A stretch of DNA of 64,000 bases, from the NCBI GenBank assembly GCA_964482915.1, contig CAYZYU010000002.1:3339-67338 (forward strand). Reading direction: 5' to 3'. Below, piece after piece: positions 25,646-36,400 of this stretch. The DNA is from Candidatus Woesearchaeota archaeon. Its GTDB lineage: Archaea; Nanobdellota; Nanobdellia; Pacearchaeales; GW2011-AR1. How positions within the stretch are numbered: the stretch's first letter is position 1; each line of letters starts with the position of its first letter. A program made the position numbers and the translations under genes. The notes under the pieces are model-generated. The model was not told the origin of the DNA, searched no databases, and saw only the letters and a program-made list of their open reading frames with translations.

Positions 25646-26667
25646 TTTTTTACATATGCAAACAATTTTCTTTCTTTTTGTATAATCTTATAGTTTGGAT
25701 TTGCCTTTAATATAATTTTCTTCAAGACTACTGGATCGTCTTTAAGGTGATAAGTGCAAATCGAAAGAAGAGGAGCATCTTTTTTCAATACCTCTTTTGC
25801 TCCTACTAACATATTTCTTTCAAATCCTTCAATATCGGACTTGATGAAGTCTATTTTTATCTTATTTTTTCTTGCCCAATTATCTAATTTAAATATTTTT
25901 ATCTTATTTTTCCCTTTTTTATCAAATTTATTTCCAGCATCATCCCCAGAGTTTTCAAAAGAAAAAACCCCCTCTTTATCTCCTAATCCTGCTGGGATAA
26001 CTGTAATTCTACCATTCATTTCTGCAGTTTTTTTTAACCATTTAACTGAATCTGGAGAAGGTTCAAATGCATAAACATTTGCTCCTTTCTTTGAGGCATA
26101 TGCAGCAAAATCTCCAATCCATGAACCAGCATCAACCACATTCATTTTTGGTTTAATGGTTATATCCCCTCCATATTTGCCAATATAACAATAAGGGTCT
26201 TCTCCTATAGAAGAATCAAGCTTATCAAAATTCTTATAGCTATAATTATCCTTATATTTTAGAAAAATTTTGAATATTTCATCTGGAACAGATCTACTTA
26301 TATCTCTATCTATAATTGGAAGATATACACCTTTGATATTTATTCTATCTCCCTCAACATATTTTTTAAATCTCTTATTATTTGTCTCTATAACTTTTCT
26401 TTCAAAATATCTATATAAAGGATTCCTTTTCTCATGAAAATATTTTGTTTTTTTTAGATTTCCTCCGCTTATTAAGAAGTAAAGTCCATCTAATATATAA
26501 GCAAGAGGCTTTGCAAATTCTGCATATATACTTTTCTCTCTTTGAAATATGCCCTTAAAATTAGGAAAAAAATGTTTTATTATATTGGAATTCCAAGAAA
26601 ATTTTCTTATCTCTAAGTCTGGTTTTACTAATAACTCTTCCCAAGATTCTTTAATAAATTTATCCAT
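25642..26667 (-). CDS. FkbM-family SAM-dependent methyltransferase with N-terminal extra domain
   Basis: VVDAGSWIGDFAAYASKKGANVYAFEPSP resembles Methyltransf_21 (FkbM). About 160-aa N-terminal domain of unknown function. Confidence 0.6.
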   Translation of the reverse strand: MDKFIKESWEELLVKPDLEIRKFSWNSNIIKHFFPNFKGIFQREKSIYAEFAKPLAYILDGLYFLISGGNLKKTKYFHEKRNPLYRYFERKVIETNNKRFKKYVEGDRINIKGVYLPIIDRDISRSVPDEIFKIFLKYKDNYSYKNFDKLDSSIGEDPYCYIGKYGGDITIKPKMNVVDAGSWIGDFAAYASKKGANVYAFEPSPDSVKWLKKTAEMNGRITVIPAGLGDKEGVFSFENSGDDAGNKFDKKGKNKIKIFKLDNWARKNKIKIDFIKSDIEGFERNMLVGAKEVLKKDAPLLSICTYHLKDDPVVLKKIILKANPNYKIIQKERKLFAYVKK

Positions 26668-26728
26668 TGTTTATTCCATGGATTTTAAATGTCAGTCGTT
26701 TTTAAGGATTATTCTGATAGGATTCTTA

Positions 26729-27664
26729 TTAATTAGTACACCAAACTTCAATTTGGTCTCCTATTCTTAAAGAATTAATTATCCAAGTTAAAGGTAGGAA
26801 AAATAATTCCAATATCTTATTAACAATTCCTGTTCTTTTTTTAACTCCTAATAAGAAATATAGTGGCATCACAAACTGATTTGGACGGGAGTTATATCTT
26901 ACTTTTAGGACTTTAAATCCATGTTTTTCTAAAATAAATCTTAAATTTTTATTAGAATAATTAATAAGATGCCTTGGAACATCCAATTGATGCCAATTTT
27001 TGCCGAATAATTTATACGCTAAACAGTTGGAATTGGGGACACTAAGTATAAATATCCCATTTTTTTTTAGTATTCTTTTTATCTTGATAATTATCTCATG
27101 AGGATTATTTGTATGTTCAAGAACATGATTCATAGTTATTATATCAAAGAATTCATTAGGATAATTTGTTTTAATTAAATCAGACTTTTTTATATTTAGT
27201 TTATATTTCTTACTCCCTTGCTCATCAAAATCTCCTGGCTCAATACCATACACTTCAAGTCCAAGCTTTTTCATCTCATATAGGAATTGTCCGCTCCCAG
27301 ACCCTATATCTAATAATTTTGAATTTTGAAATATCTTTGTACCCCTTATAATAAATTTTATAGGAGATAGTATTATTTTTAATAAAGTATTATCCTCTTT
27401 GCTAAAGTATGTTTTATATAAGAGCATCTTCATTTGTAATTTTCTAGAATTAGTATCTATCTTCTTTAATGAATAATATTTATCTTTTGAATAGTGCTTT
27501 GCTAAATCAGAATAAGAAGGTTGAGGATTTAAGAATATTGACTTGCATTTTTTACATTCCGAAAGGGAGAATTTCCCAGGAATATTAAGATTTTTATCTC
27601 TCTGTTTAAATAAGAAGAAAATCTCTTTACTACCGCATATTTCACATTTGTTTAATGATTTCAT
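26729..27664 (-). CDS. class I SAM-dependent methyltransferase with N-terminal zinc ribbon
   Basis: CEICGS...CKKCKS ribbon, then LLDIGSGSGQFL (motif I) and FDIITMNHVLEH (motif II/III). Confidence 0.65.
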   Translation of the reverse strand: MKSLNKCEICGSKEIFFLFKQRDKNLNIPGKFSLSECKKCKSIFLNPQPSYSDLAKHYSKDKYYSLKKIDTNSRKLQMKMLLYKTYFSKEDNTLLKIILSPIKFIIRGTKIFQNSKLLDIGSGSGQFLYEMKKLGLEVYGIEPGDFDEQGSKKYKLNIKKSDLIKTNYPNEFFDIITMNHVLEHTNNPHEIIIKIKRILKKNGIFILSVPNSNCLAYKLFGKNWHQLDVPRHLINYSNKNLRFILEKHGFKVLKVRYNSRPNQFVMPLYFLLGVKKRTGIVNKILELFFLPLTWIINSLRIGDQIEVWCTN

Positions 27665-27665
27665 T

Positions 27666-28814
27666 TCAATTTAATAAGATATCTAAATATTTTTCCCCCC
27701 ATTTTTCAAGAGATAATTCTTTTGCAGTTTGTATAGAATCTTCTATTATTTTATCCCTTTTCTCTGTATTAGTTAAAATATGTATAACTTTACTAGCATC
27801 ATCTTCATCAAAAGATTCAATTATCAAACCGTTTTTCTTGTCTTTAATTATTTCTTGTTCAGCATCTTTTGAGCAAACTAGTAGGCAACCAGAAGCCATT
27901 GCTTCAGAAGTGGTCATAATTGGAGCTCCCCCTTCATATCTTGAAAAACAGAAGAAGATATCAGAAGCATTGTAATACAAAGGAATCTCCTCCCTTGGTA
28001 TTCTCTTAGGAGGATATGTCAAGAATTCTTTTCCATCTATTATTTTTTTGACTTTCTTATAGTCTGCCCCTATAACTAATAAATGATAATTTTTATTCTT
28101 CTTGTATATTTGCTCAGATATTTTTACAGCTCTATCTAATCCTTTTCTCCAATATCCACCTTGTCCTATATATAGACCATAAATTTTATCTTGTTCAAGA
28201 TTAAGTTTTTTTCTTATATCCTTCTTATTTTTTACATTGAAATCCTTTAAATCTACCCCCGTTCTTAAAACCTCCATATCCCTATTTGTATTATATAGCT
28301 CTTTTAATTCTCTTTCAACCTTTTCAGCTACGCATATTATTTTATCTGCTTTTTTTATTGGAGGTTTTTCTATTAAATAACTGAATAATAACATCGGAGA
28401 TATAAGAGCCTTCATTATAAATGAGAATCTTAACATATGGACTCTAAAGAAATTGTATGTGACCCCATGATAAGTATGGATTAGTCTTTCATTATCTTTT
28501 CTCTTATATCTTCTCATCCACTCTCCCCATACGGCATGTGAATTTATTATATCAAATTTATTTTTATTAAGATATTTTAATATTTTGAAATTATCTACTA
28601 TCTGATTTAGTGGATATGGGAAGATATTTTTTAATTCAACATAATTAACTTCATCTTTCTTATATTTTTTTGATTCTTTTCCAGTATATACCCAAGTTAT
28701 GTTTATATTATTATAATTTTTCTTTAGATATTTTATCACATTTTTTTGATATAAGCTCATACCTCCATCAAAATTAGGATCAGTTCCCACAAAACATATT
28801 TTTGTCTGTTTCAT
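27666..28814 (-). CDS. glycosyltransferase family 4
   Basis: FSRYEGGAPIMTTSEAMASGCLLVCS is the GT4 EX7E region. Confidence 0.65.
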   Translation of the reverse strand: MKQTKICFVGTDPNFDGGMSLYQKNVIKYLKKNYNNINITWVYTGKESKKYKKDEVNYVELKNIFPYPLNQIVDNFKILKYLNKNKFDIINSHAVWGEWMRRYKRKDNERLIHTYHGVTYNFFRVHMLRFSFIMKALISPMLLFSYLIEKPPIKKADKIICVAEKVERELKELYNTNRDMEVLRTGVDLKDFNVKNKKDIRKKLNLEQDKIYGLYIGQGGYWRKGLDRAVKISEQIYKKNKNYHLLVIGADYKKVKKIIDGKEFLTYPPKRIPREEIPLYYNASDIFFCFSRYEGGAPIMTTSEAMASGCLLVCSKDAEQEIIKDKKNGLIIESFDEDDASKVIHILTNTEKRDKIIEDSIQTAKELSLEKWGEKYLDILLN

Positions 28815-28850
28815 ATACAGAAAGAATGTTCTTAATTTAAATAATTTGCT

Positions 28851-29783
28851 TTATTTTATTCTCTTTTTATACATTGCAGGAAAGAATGCAATGAACCATA
28901 ACCACAAGTTTCTTAGGAATTTCTTCCTTAATTTAAACTTGCTTAGTTTTAATTCATCTGTGTCTTTTTTCTTTTTTAATATTGCAACAAGAGGAAGATA
29001 TACAAATATTCTGAAAAATTTATCTTTTGCTTTAAGATTCTTTTTTGAGAAGATTATGTCATTTTTGAATCTTACTAATAATCTCTTTTTATCGTCGAGA
29101 GAATCTATACTTTTACCTTTCTTATGGATTATTTTAACTGATGGAACGCTTACTATCTTCCAGCCCTTTCCCTTTGCTCTTAAACAATAATCCGTATCTT
29201 CTAAAAGATATGGGTTGTAATTTTCGTCTAAAAGACCAATTTCTTTTATTACCTCTTTTTTTATAAGAATAGCTGCTCCCATTACATGGTCTACTTCAAA
29301 AACCTTGTTTATTTTATCATTAAGTTCTAAATCTATTTTCCATCCCCTTACATATCCTCCAATATTTTGTAAGCTCCCATCTGGATATATGATTTTACAT
29401 CCTAATATTCCAATATTTTTGTCTTTTTCCCCCACATCGATCATCTTTTTGAGCCAATTTTTTTCAAGAATCTCAATATCATCATTTAACAAGAGAAAAT
29501 AATCTGGATTATATTCTTTCATTGCTTTCTTTATCCCTACATTATTTGCTCCAGAGAAACCTTTATTTTCTTTATTGATTGTTACGTCTATCCATTTAAA
29601 CTTTTTTTTAATTTCCTCTCCAATTTTCCATTTACCTGAATCATCTACAAGAAATAATTTATAATTCTTGTAATCTGTTTTTTTATCCACAGAATTCAAG
29701 CTTTCTTCTAAAAGTTTAATCTGATTATATGTGCACATTATTATTGCAACTTTAGGTAAGTTCATTTTAGAATTATCTCCCAA
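28851..29783 (-). CDS. glycosyltransferase family 2 (paralog of 22574..23500)
   Basis: VAIIMCTYNQ, VDDSGKW and NDD motifs. Long collinear identity with the 22574 protein (KNYK.F..DDSG...EYNPDY.L.L.DD.E...KNW...MI..G...KN.GI.GCKIIYP.G.LQ). Confidence 0.7.
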   Translation of the reverse strand: MGDNSKMNLPKVAIIMCTYNQIKLLEESLNSVDKKTDYKNYKLFLVDDSGKWKIGEEIKKKFKWIDVTINKENKGFSGANNVGIKKAMKEYNPDYFLLLNDDIEILEKNWLKKMIDVGEKDKNIGILGCKIIYPDGSLQNIGGYVRGWKIDLELNDKINKVFEVDHVMGAAILIKKEVIKEIGLLDENYNPYLLEDTDYCLRAKGKGWKIVSVPSVKIIHKKGKSIDSLDDKKRLLVRFKNDIIFSKKNLKAKDKFFRIFVYLPLVAILKKKKDTDELKLSKFKLRKKFLRNLWLWFIAFFPAMYKKRIK

Positions 29784-30585
29784 ACCAATACCCTAGCTTA
29801 TAAGGAACACCTCTTAAAACTCTTAAAAGGAAACTTTTAAGGCTCCATTTTAGATGTTTAAATTTGAATCTCCTGAAACTGTCTTTTTTTGTTATTAATT
29901 CTCTATAAAGCCCTGTCTTATAAAAGTCTCTTGTAGTTTTCCCCCATCTCCATTGTTTTTTAAACAAAGATTTTAAACTATCAGGTTCCATATGCTCTAC
30001 TGCATTTTCAACCATCCCGTTCTTTTTTGTAATGTTCTTAATTTCATGCCAAGTTATTATGTGGTCTTGTGCTGCACATATATTTATGTATTTTTTAGGT
30101 ATTTTTTCATGAGCTTTTGTTAAAATTTCTTTCTTGAAGAATCTAGGTAGAACAATATCCTCGTTAGGATCCCAATAAGTCTGTACCAATAATCTATCTG
30201 CATCATATAGTGAAGGTAAAAATTTCTTTCTATTATGTGCCCTCTCCCAAAACCAGAGAGTATCATAACCTCCCTCTTTCATTTTCTTAACTGCTCTTTC
30301 AATAGCTGTCTTTTCTAGTAATTGATCAGAATCTAATAAAAGAACATATTTTCCTTTGCTTGCCTCAGTCCCGACAATTCTTGCTTCAAGAAGTTTTCCC
30401 TTACACATAACTATTCTTGCTTTGAATTTCTTAGCTATCTCAAGAGTTTTATCATTACTATAGCTATCGACAATTATTATTTCTATATTCTTATAAGTCT
30501 GTTCCCTTACCCTTTCTAAGCATTCTCTTAATGTTTTTTCAGAGTTATAGGTAGGTATATTTACTGAAACTAATTCTTCACTCAT
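29773..30585 (-). CDS. glycosyltransferase family 2
   Basis: VSVNIPTYNSEKTLRECL...IIIVDSYSNDKT...LLLDSDQ are GT2 DxD-type motifs. Confidence 0.7.
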   Translation of the reverse strand: MSEELVSVNIPTYNSEKTLRECLERVREQTYKNIEIIIVDSYSNDKTLEIAKKFKARIVMCKGKLLEARIVGTEASKGKYVLLLDSDQLLEKTAIERAVKKMKEGGYDTLWFWERAHNRKKFLPSLYDADRLLVQTYWDPNEDIVLPRFFKKEILTKAHEKIPKKYINICAAQDHIITWHEIKNITKKNGMVENAVEHMEPDSLKSLFKKQWRWGKTTRDFYKTGLYRELITKKDSFRRFKFKHLKWSLKSFLLRVLRGVPYKLGYWFGR

Positions 30586-31745
30586 TTAAATACCTCTTGA
30601 ATGTTCTTTTTAAAAATTTGTGTATTAAGGTCATTAATAACTATCTTCTTAGGTTTTATATTGGATTTTATAAATTTCTTTAGAGATGCCACTATATTAT
30701 TAATAAATTTCTTTTCATTTTCTTCCTCTTTAATAGGATAATACTGAGGATAATTCTTTATTAAATCGACATATCCTCCTTTATCGACTGCAATTATAGA
30801 TTTTCCAGCTGCTAGGCCCTCAAAAGGAACAATCCCAAAATCTTCAATAAATGGAACAAATATAAGCGCTTTAGATTTTTCATACAGTTTCAAAATATCT
30901 TTATTACTTAACCCCTCTTTTATTTCCACATTCTTAGAATGTTTTATTAAACCCTTTAGGTAGTCAAAGTATTTTTTATTCTCTAATCCTCCAGTGAGGA
31001 TTAGCTTTTCATTTGGGTATTCTTTAGAGAACTTTATCCACGCTTTTATCAATAAATCTTGTCTTTTCGGAGGATTGAATCTTGATACATAAATGAAATA
31101 ATCCTCTCTATCTGATTTAAGTTGATTAAATTTATCCAAATCAACTGGAGGGTAAATAACTCTTGCTTTTTTATTCTTTAATAGTCCCTGATTTTTTGCT
31201 CTTTCGTATCCTTCTTCTGAGATGAATATTGGAAAATCAATCTTTTTCCAGGCAATTTTCTCGAAGAGCCTATATATTTTTACAGATAAAAGATATATAC
31301 TCTTTGATAAAAGATTCTTATATCTATTTTTTAGATTCCATCTGACAATCTCTGGATAAGCATCCCTAAGAATTGTATTGACATAAGCGATAGTTCTACC
31401 TTTTTTATAGTTTCTAAATGTTATAAATTCCCCCGTTCCTGAAGTATAAATCATAAAATAATCATATTTTTCTAAAGGTATCTTTGAAAAGAAACTAAAA
31501 AATAAGAATAATCCTCTTAAGATTTTCATTTTTGAGATCTTTTTTAAAATGTTTGGTCCAAGAATATTAATTTTGATGTCTTTAAACTCTTCAAAGGAAT
31601 TTTTCTCATCATAAACCCAGGTGTACAACTCAAAATCAATATCTTTAATCTTCATAATTTCTAAAACTACTTTCTCAGCTCCACCCTTGCTTTTTATCCA
31701 AGGGTAAAATAATGCTATCTTAAGCTTTCTATCTTTTAATTTCAT
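30582..31745 (-). CDS. glycosyltransferase family 4
   Basis: FIEDFGIVPFEGLAAGKSIIAVDKGG is the GT4 EX7E region. Confidence 0.65.
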   Translation of the reverse strand: MKLKDRKLKIALFYPWIKSKGGAEKVVLEIMKIKDIDFELYTWVYDEKNSFEEFKDIKINILGPNILKKISKMKILRGLFLFFSFFSKIPLEKYDYFMIYTSGTGEFITFRNYKKGRTIAYVNTILRDAYPEIVRWNLKNRYKNLLSKSIYLLSVKIYRLFEKIAWKKIDFPIFISEEGYERAKNQGLLKNKKARVIYPPVDLDKFNQLKSDREDYFIYVSRFNPPKRQDLLIKAWIKFSKEYPNEKLILTGGLENKKYFDYLKGLIKHSKNVEIKEGLSNKDILKLYEKSKALIFVPFIEDFGIVPFEGLAAGKSIIAVDKGGYVDLIKNYPQYYPIKEEENEKKFINNIVASLKKFIKSNIKPKKIVINDLNTQIFKKNIQEVFK

Positions 31746-34429
31746 TTTACAAATATTAGGTCATCTAATTCAGCATATTCTCCAGAAACTTTAGTGAACT
31801 CTTCTCTTGCAATTATTTCATCAGGATAATTTACCTCCCATATCTTAAGAGGCCCTCTTAACCCATTGAAATAAAAGAATTCATTAATTTTCATACTAGA
31901 ATACATTTCAAGGTAAGTCTCTATAGGGTCTGGTTCAGAATGAGCTAGTTCAACAGTTTCATATCTTTTTAGAGGATCATTCATTAGGTACAATTGTGCA
32001 ATTAAACTATCAACAACCTTAGGGGATAAATATATTAAAGCTCCTTCTTCATCAAGCTGCAGTCCAGAATTAACCTGAATTATTTGAGGTATAATATATA
32101 TTGCAGTATTAGTTCCATTTTTGAAATCATATAATGTTTCATTATAATATAAATATCTTACTGGAATATTAATTTGATTTCCGTTGTAAATATATGCTGC
32201 TATTGGCTGCTGGAATTTCCCATTTTTCTTTTCAAGGATTATACCTCCAATTCCGGAATTTTGTGTGGGAATGAATATTTTTTCTCCATCTTCATTTTCA
32301 TAAACAATATCCCCATCCAAGCCATATCCTCCATTATAGATTCTTATGGTTCCATTCTTTGTCTCTTGAATATTATTTGGATCAGATATCATTGTAGGAA
32401 TAAATGAAAACCTATCGTTTCCTTCTTTATTACTTCCTATGCTACTATATGCAGAGTATTTTCCTATATCTGTTGGATCTATTAATAAGTAAGATACTTC
32501 ATGAGCTTTCATTAAACTCAAAGCAGTTTCAGGATAAGGCGTTGTTAAGAGATATCTTCCTGTCAAATGGTCCCAATATCCATTACCATGACCCCCATCT
32601 GTTACAGTAGGTCTTTCTCCCATATATTGTACCCAGTATCCATAATCCCACCAATGTATGAATATGTCTCCAGGTTGAGTATTCTCTCGCACCCACTTCA
32701 TTGAATATTGCCATTGAGGGTTTGCAGAAGAACCAATTTGAGAAGATTGTATTTTTATTGCTTTAATATAAGATATAGAAGTGAATACTAAGAGTATTAC
32801 AACACCTATTAAGACTGCATATAACATTATCTTAACAACCTCTTCTTTACTATCTTTAGCATAATGATAAGTTTTTATTAGAGCATACGCAGACATAAAA
32901 CATACTACAGGTGTAAAGATAAATAATAACCTAACCGCACTTATTCCAGAGAGAGCCATAAAAAAGATTAACAATAAGACTATAACGTTATTACTTTTCA
33001 TTTCAATTTTATCTTTGAAATATATCCAGATAAAAAATCCAATGAAGATTATGATACTTCCAAGATAAAAGAATTTACTTATAAAAGAATTTCCATTCAT
33101 TAATGAAGATGTAGAATATCTATGGAAGATTATTCCGCAAATCATGATTATCCATAACAATGAAAATATTATTTTATTTTTCTTTTTCCCAATTCCTCTT
33201 GCAAAATCAACACCCACAATCAAAGAACCAACAAAAAACAACCAGAAAAGGGTTTTTCCAATTTGTCCTATTATATCTAAAGTATAAGGCAATGCATTTT
33301 CAGCGACAGTTGAACCAGTTCTACCTCCCCCAAAAGGACGTAATATCATCGAGATTAAGTTGGATATGGTTAATCCAATAGTTTGATTAAAGATTAGGCT
33401 CATTAAAGCAAGGAAGATTATTGTTATAACAAGGCTTACTATTATCCTGTATTTACCTATTTCTTTCAATTTATGGTTTTTTAATTTTATTAACAAGTAG
33501 TCTATTATTATGAAGATTAATACTAGCGGAACAATTATTCCACGTAAATTTATTACAAAAGCCTTTATTGCACTTAAAGGATAAGAAAAGATAAATCCAA
33601 GAGAAAAAAAGGAGATTATCCAGAAGAAATAAAATAATAAGTATTCTCTAAGGTTACTTCTCCCCTCTTCATTTCTACTATTATTTGTTATCCAAAGTAA
33701 TAATATTGTAATTGGTATTATTAATAAAACAAAAGAAGCAATCCCGCTCCAAGAAGCTATATTAAATATTGTAAAGAATCCAGTTATAATCCCTAAAACT
33801 ATTGCCATCTTCCATGAATTTTTCTTTTCAATTTTCTCCATGGAGATAGTGAAAGAAAGCAATGATAAAAAGAAAGTAAACATTCCTATAGGTTCGTGGT
33901 CTGAGACTCCAGCCATGGTTCTAAATAGATAAGCAGGAATTATTGCAAGGAAAAAACTTGATAATAATGCTGTAATCTTAGATTTTGTAAGTTTTAATAT
34001 TAAGAAGAAGAACATGAACATACTTAAAATAAAGAATATTACAGGATAAATTACATCAACATATGCCAAACTCATATCTTCTGAAATAGGTTCTAATATC
34101 TTATGCAAGAAAACTAAAACATGTGGAAGTAGTTCATAACTAAAAGGGAGCTTAAGTGCAGGATATCTCATAATATCATATTCTGAGTAACTTCCATTTT
34201 GTTCCAAATAATCAGCTAATCTTAACCAATAAAATGCATCTAAATCTGCTGTAAGATATTCTCCTGTTGTAGCATCTTTAAGACTTGAAATATTGTTTGT
34301 CCTTATCTTAGCAGTGAACCCAATTATAAGTATCAAGAGAACGATAGTTATTATCGTTAATACCTTTTTTTGTGTTAAAAAGTCTAAAATCCTTTTTGAT
34401 TCTTCTTTTACCTTATGAACATTCATCAA
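31742..34429 (-). CDS. aglB: oligosaccharyltransferase AglB (STT3 family)
   Basis: WWDYGYW motif, 13 N-terminal TM helices plus large C-terminal soluble domain, 895 aa. Confidence 0.85.
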   Translation of the reverse strand: MMNVHKVKEESKRILDFLTQKKVLTIITIVLLILIIGFTAKIRTNNISSLKDATTGEYLTADLDAFYWLRLADYLEQNGSYSEYDIMRYPALKLPFSYELLPHVLVFLHKILEPISEDMSLAYVDVIYPVIFFILSMFMFFFLILKLTKSKITALLSSFFLAIIPAYLFRTMAGVSDHEPIGMFTFFLSLLSFTISMEKIEKKNSWKMAIVLGIITGFFTIFNIASWSGIASFVLLIIPITILLLWITNNSRNEEGRSNLREYLLFYFFWIISFFSLGFIFSYPLSAIKAFVINLRGIIVPLVLIFIIIDYLLIKLKNHKLKEIGKYRIIVSLVITIIFLALMSLIFNQTIGLTISNLISMILRPFGGGRTGSTVAENALPYTLDIIGQIGKTLFWLFFVGSLIVGVDFARGIGKKKNKIIFSLLWIIMICGIIFHRYSTSSLMNGNSFISKFFYLGSIIIFIGFFIWIYFKDKIEMKSNNVIVLLLIFFMALSGISAVRLLFIFTPVVCFMSAYALIKTYHYAKDSKEEVVKIMLYAVLIGVVILLVFTSISYIKAIKIQSSQIGSSANPQWQYSMKWVRENTQPGDIFIHWWDYGYWVQYMGERPTVTDGGHGNGYWDHLTGRYLLTTPYPETALSLMKAHEVSYLLIDPTDIGKYSAYSSIGSNKEGNDRFSFIPTMISDPNNIQETKNGTIRIYNGGYGLDGDIVYENEDGEKIFIPTQNSGIGGIILEKKNGKFQQPIAAYIYNGNQINIPVRYLYYNETLYDFKNGTNTAIYIIPQIIQVNSGLQLDEEGALIYLSPKVVDSLIAQLYLMNDPLKRYETVELAHSEPDPIETYLEMYSSMKINEFFYFNGLRGPLKIWEVNYPDEIIAREEFTKVSGEYAELDDLIFVK

Positions 34430-34465
34430 AATTAAAGAGAAATACCATTTAAAAACCTTAGTTTA

Positions 34466-35461
34466 TCATAGAATAAACAAAACAAATCCCAATATAACTA
34501 TTAGAATTTGGAATAGATTTATAGAATATACTACCTCATTTTCATAAACTTTTTTACTTGGTTTTATCTTCTTTAATAATAGTATTGCTAGATGTTCAAG
34601 ACCATATATTTTATCGTAAGGTAATTCTAAACTTCCATCGGGATTAGGTTTTCCAAAACTTTGTTTTTTTAGCCCACCCCTTAATTTTAGCACAGTTTCA
34701 ATTAAATAAGGTATGAAGAAAAATAAGGCTATCTTTTCAGAATTTCCCAATATAGTCATCGCAGCTATTGAAGCACCAATAGAATAAGTTAATACGTCCC
34801 CAGGAAAGACTTTTGCAGGGTTTATATTAAATATGTAAAATGCAAGAAGAGAAGCAACTAAACATAAACCAATAACACTTAACCAGGCATTACCGGTAAG
34901 ATAAGTTACAAGACTCATAGCAGATAATAGGATTATTCCCTGCCCTGCTTCTAATCCATTGAAACCAGCTAAGAAATTAAATGTAGCTGTTGCACCTAAA
35001 ATTCCTATAGGTATTATTAAGAGAGGGTAGATTATTCCCAAATCTATTCCCATCATAGTTGAGTCTCCTGCATTGATGACCATTAGAGGTATGGCAGCGA
35101 ATAAAATTAAAATTATTCTTGTTCGCTTGGATAATCCTCCATGTTTCCATCCAAATAAATCATCTATTAACCCAATCCCTGCTACAAGCAGAATTGTGCT
35201 AACCATAGCAAAAATATGTATGGATATACCATCTAAAGATTTAAAGTAAAAAGTCTGTATGGCTACATATAAGAATATCCCAATTATAGCCCCCACTACA
35301 ACAATTATCCCTCCAGAACCAGCTACATCCTTTTCATTATTTGGTTTATTCATATCTTCCCAGATTAATCCTATTTGTTTAGCCTTTTTTATCCAGAAAG
35401 GCATACCTAAATAGGTACAAAAAAAGCTCACAAAGATAGTGATTAGTATTAAAGGTTCCAT
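34466..35461 (-). CDS. dolichyl-phosphate sugar-1-phosphate transferase (MraY/WecA/AglH family)
   Basis: Polytopic 331 aa with GLIDDLFGW (family DDxxD-like motif) and NAGDS. Confidence 0.7.
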   Translation of the reverse strand: MEPLILITIFVSFFCTYLGMPFWIKKAKQIGLIWEDMNKPNNEKDVAGSGGIIVVVGAIIGIFLYVAIQTFYFKSLDGISIHIFAMVSTILLVAGIGLIDDLFGWKHGGLSKRTRIILILFAAIPLMVINAGDSTMMGIDLGIIYPLLIIPIGILGATATFNFLAGFNGLEAGQGIILLSAMSLVTYLTGNAWLSVIGLCLVASLLAFYIFNINPAKVFPGDVLTYSIGASIAAMTILGNSEKIALFFFIPYLIETVLKLRGGLKKQSFGKPNPDGSLELPYDKIYGLEHLAILLLKKIKPSKKVYENEVVYSINLFQILIVILGFVLFIL

Positions 35462-35492
35462 AGATAATAGATATAGCTCTTACTTTTAAATT

Positions 35493-36350
35493 TTACTTGA
35501 ATAATAAGGGGGTAATATAAACTTCTATAAGTGCAGCAAATATTAAGATTATTAGTGCTATAAAAATTAATATAATTACATTCTCAAAGACTTTTAAGAA
35601 TTTTTCATCTCTTATACCATGTCTTATTAATCCTACACCAAATATTCCTCCTGCAAGTGCAGTAATGAAATAAGCCGCAATCTCAGGTATTCCATGAATT
35701 GCATATCTTAAAATTCCCAATGGGACGTCTACTAAATTATATCTTGTAAATATTCCTATTGCAGCAGAGATTACACTAGCATTCCAAACTAAGATAAAAA
35801 GAGCCCCTGCCCCAAAGATTAACGAAAATATAAGCGTGAATATCATTACATATACGTTATTTTCAATTATTGAAAGAAATCTCAGTCCATTGATAGAAGC
35901 ACCTGTTACATTGAGTGTTCCCGAGGAGTATTCTTGAACACATGCTTCAACGTTTCCAGGACTATTTATCTGACAATAAGTTTGAATTTGAAAATTAAGC
36001 AAATTAGCATCCTGAAGAATAATATTCCAAAAAGAAAAAGCAACTACAAATCCCAAGAATAACCACATAAAAGCATAAATAGCATCTTTATGAGCTTGCC
36101 AGACGCTAAAAACCCCCTCAACTTCCTCATCCTCTTTTTCTTCGGTTTTTATTATGAAGTACATGAAAGGAAAACTAAACATTATACAAAATAAAACTAC
36201 CAACATACCAGATGCATTAGATAAATTTGGATCTGATGAAAAAAACCAGTGAACAAGTAAAAGAGATAATGACGCATAAATTAGTCCAATGAAAAACATT
36301 TTCCAAGGACCCTTTTCTCCTCTTTTTGGATTAATTAGCGTTTCAAGCAT
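35493..36350 (-). CDS. membrane protein, DUF95/SpoIIM-like
   Basis: 285 aa, 5-6 TM helices, GIPEIAAYFITALAGGIFG segment typical of the DUF95 family. Confidence 0.4.
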   Translation of the reverse strand: MLETLINPKRGEKGPWKMFFIGLIYASLSLLLVHWFFSSDPNLSNASGMLVVLFCIMFSFPFMYFIIKTEEKEDEEVEGVFSVWQAHKDAIYAFMWLFLGFVVAFSFWNIILQDANLLNFQIQTYCQINSPGNVEACVQEYSSGTLNVTGASINGLRFLSIIENNVYVMIFTLIFSLIFGAGALFILVWNASVISAAIGIFTRYNLVDVPLGILRYAIHGIPEIAAYFITALAGGIFGVGLIRHGIRDEKFLKVFENVIILIFIALIILIFAALIEVYITPLLFK

Positions 36351-36400
36351 ACACCTATTAAAAAAAGAGAATTTTTAAATGTTAGGGGTTTATTGAATAA

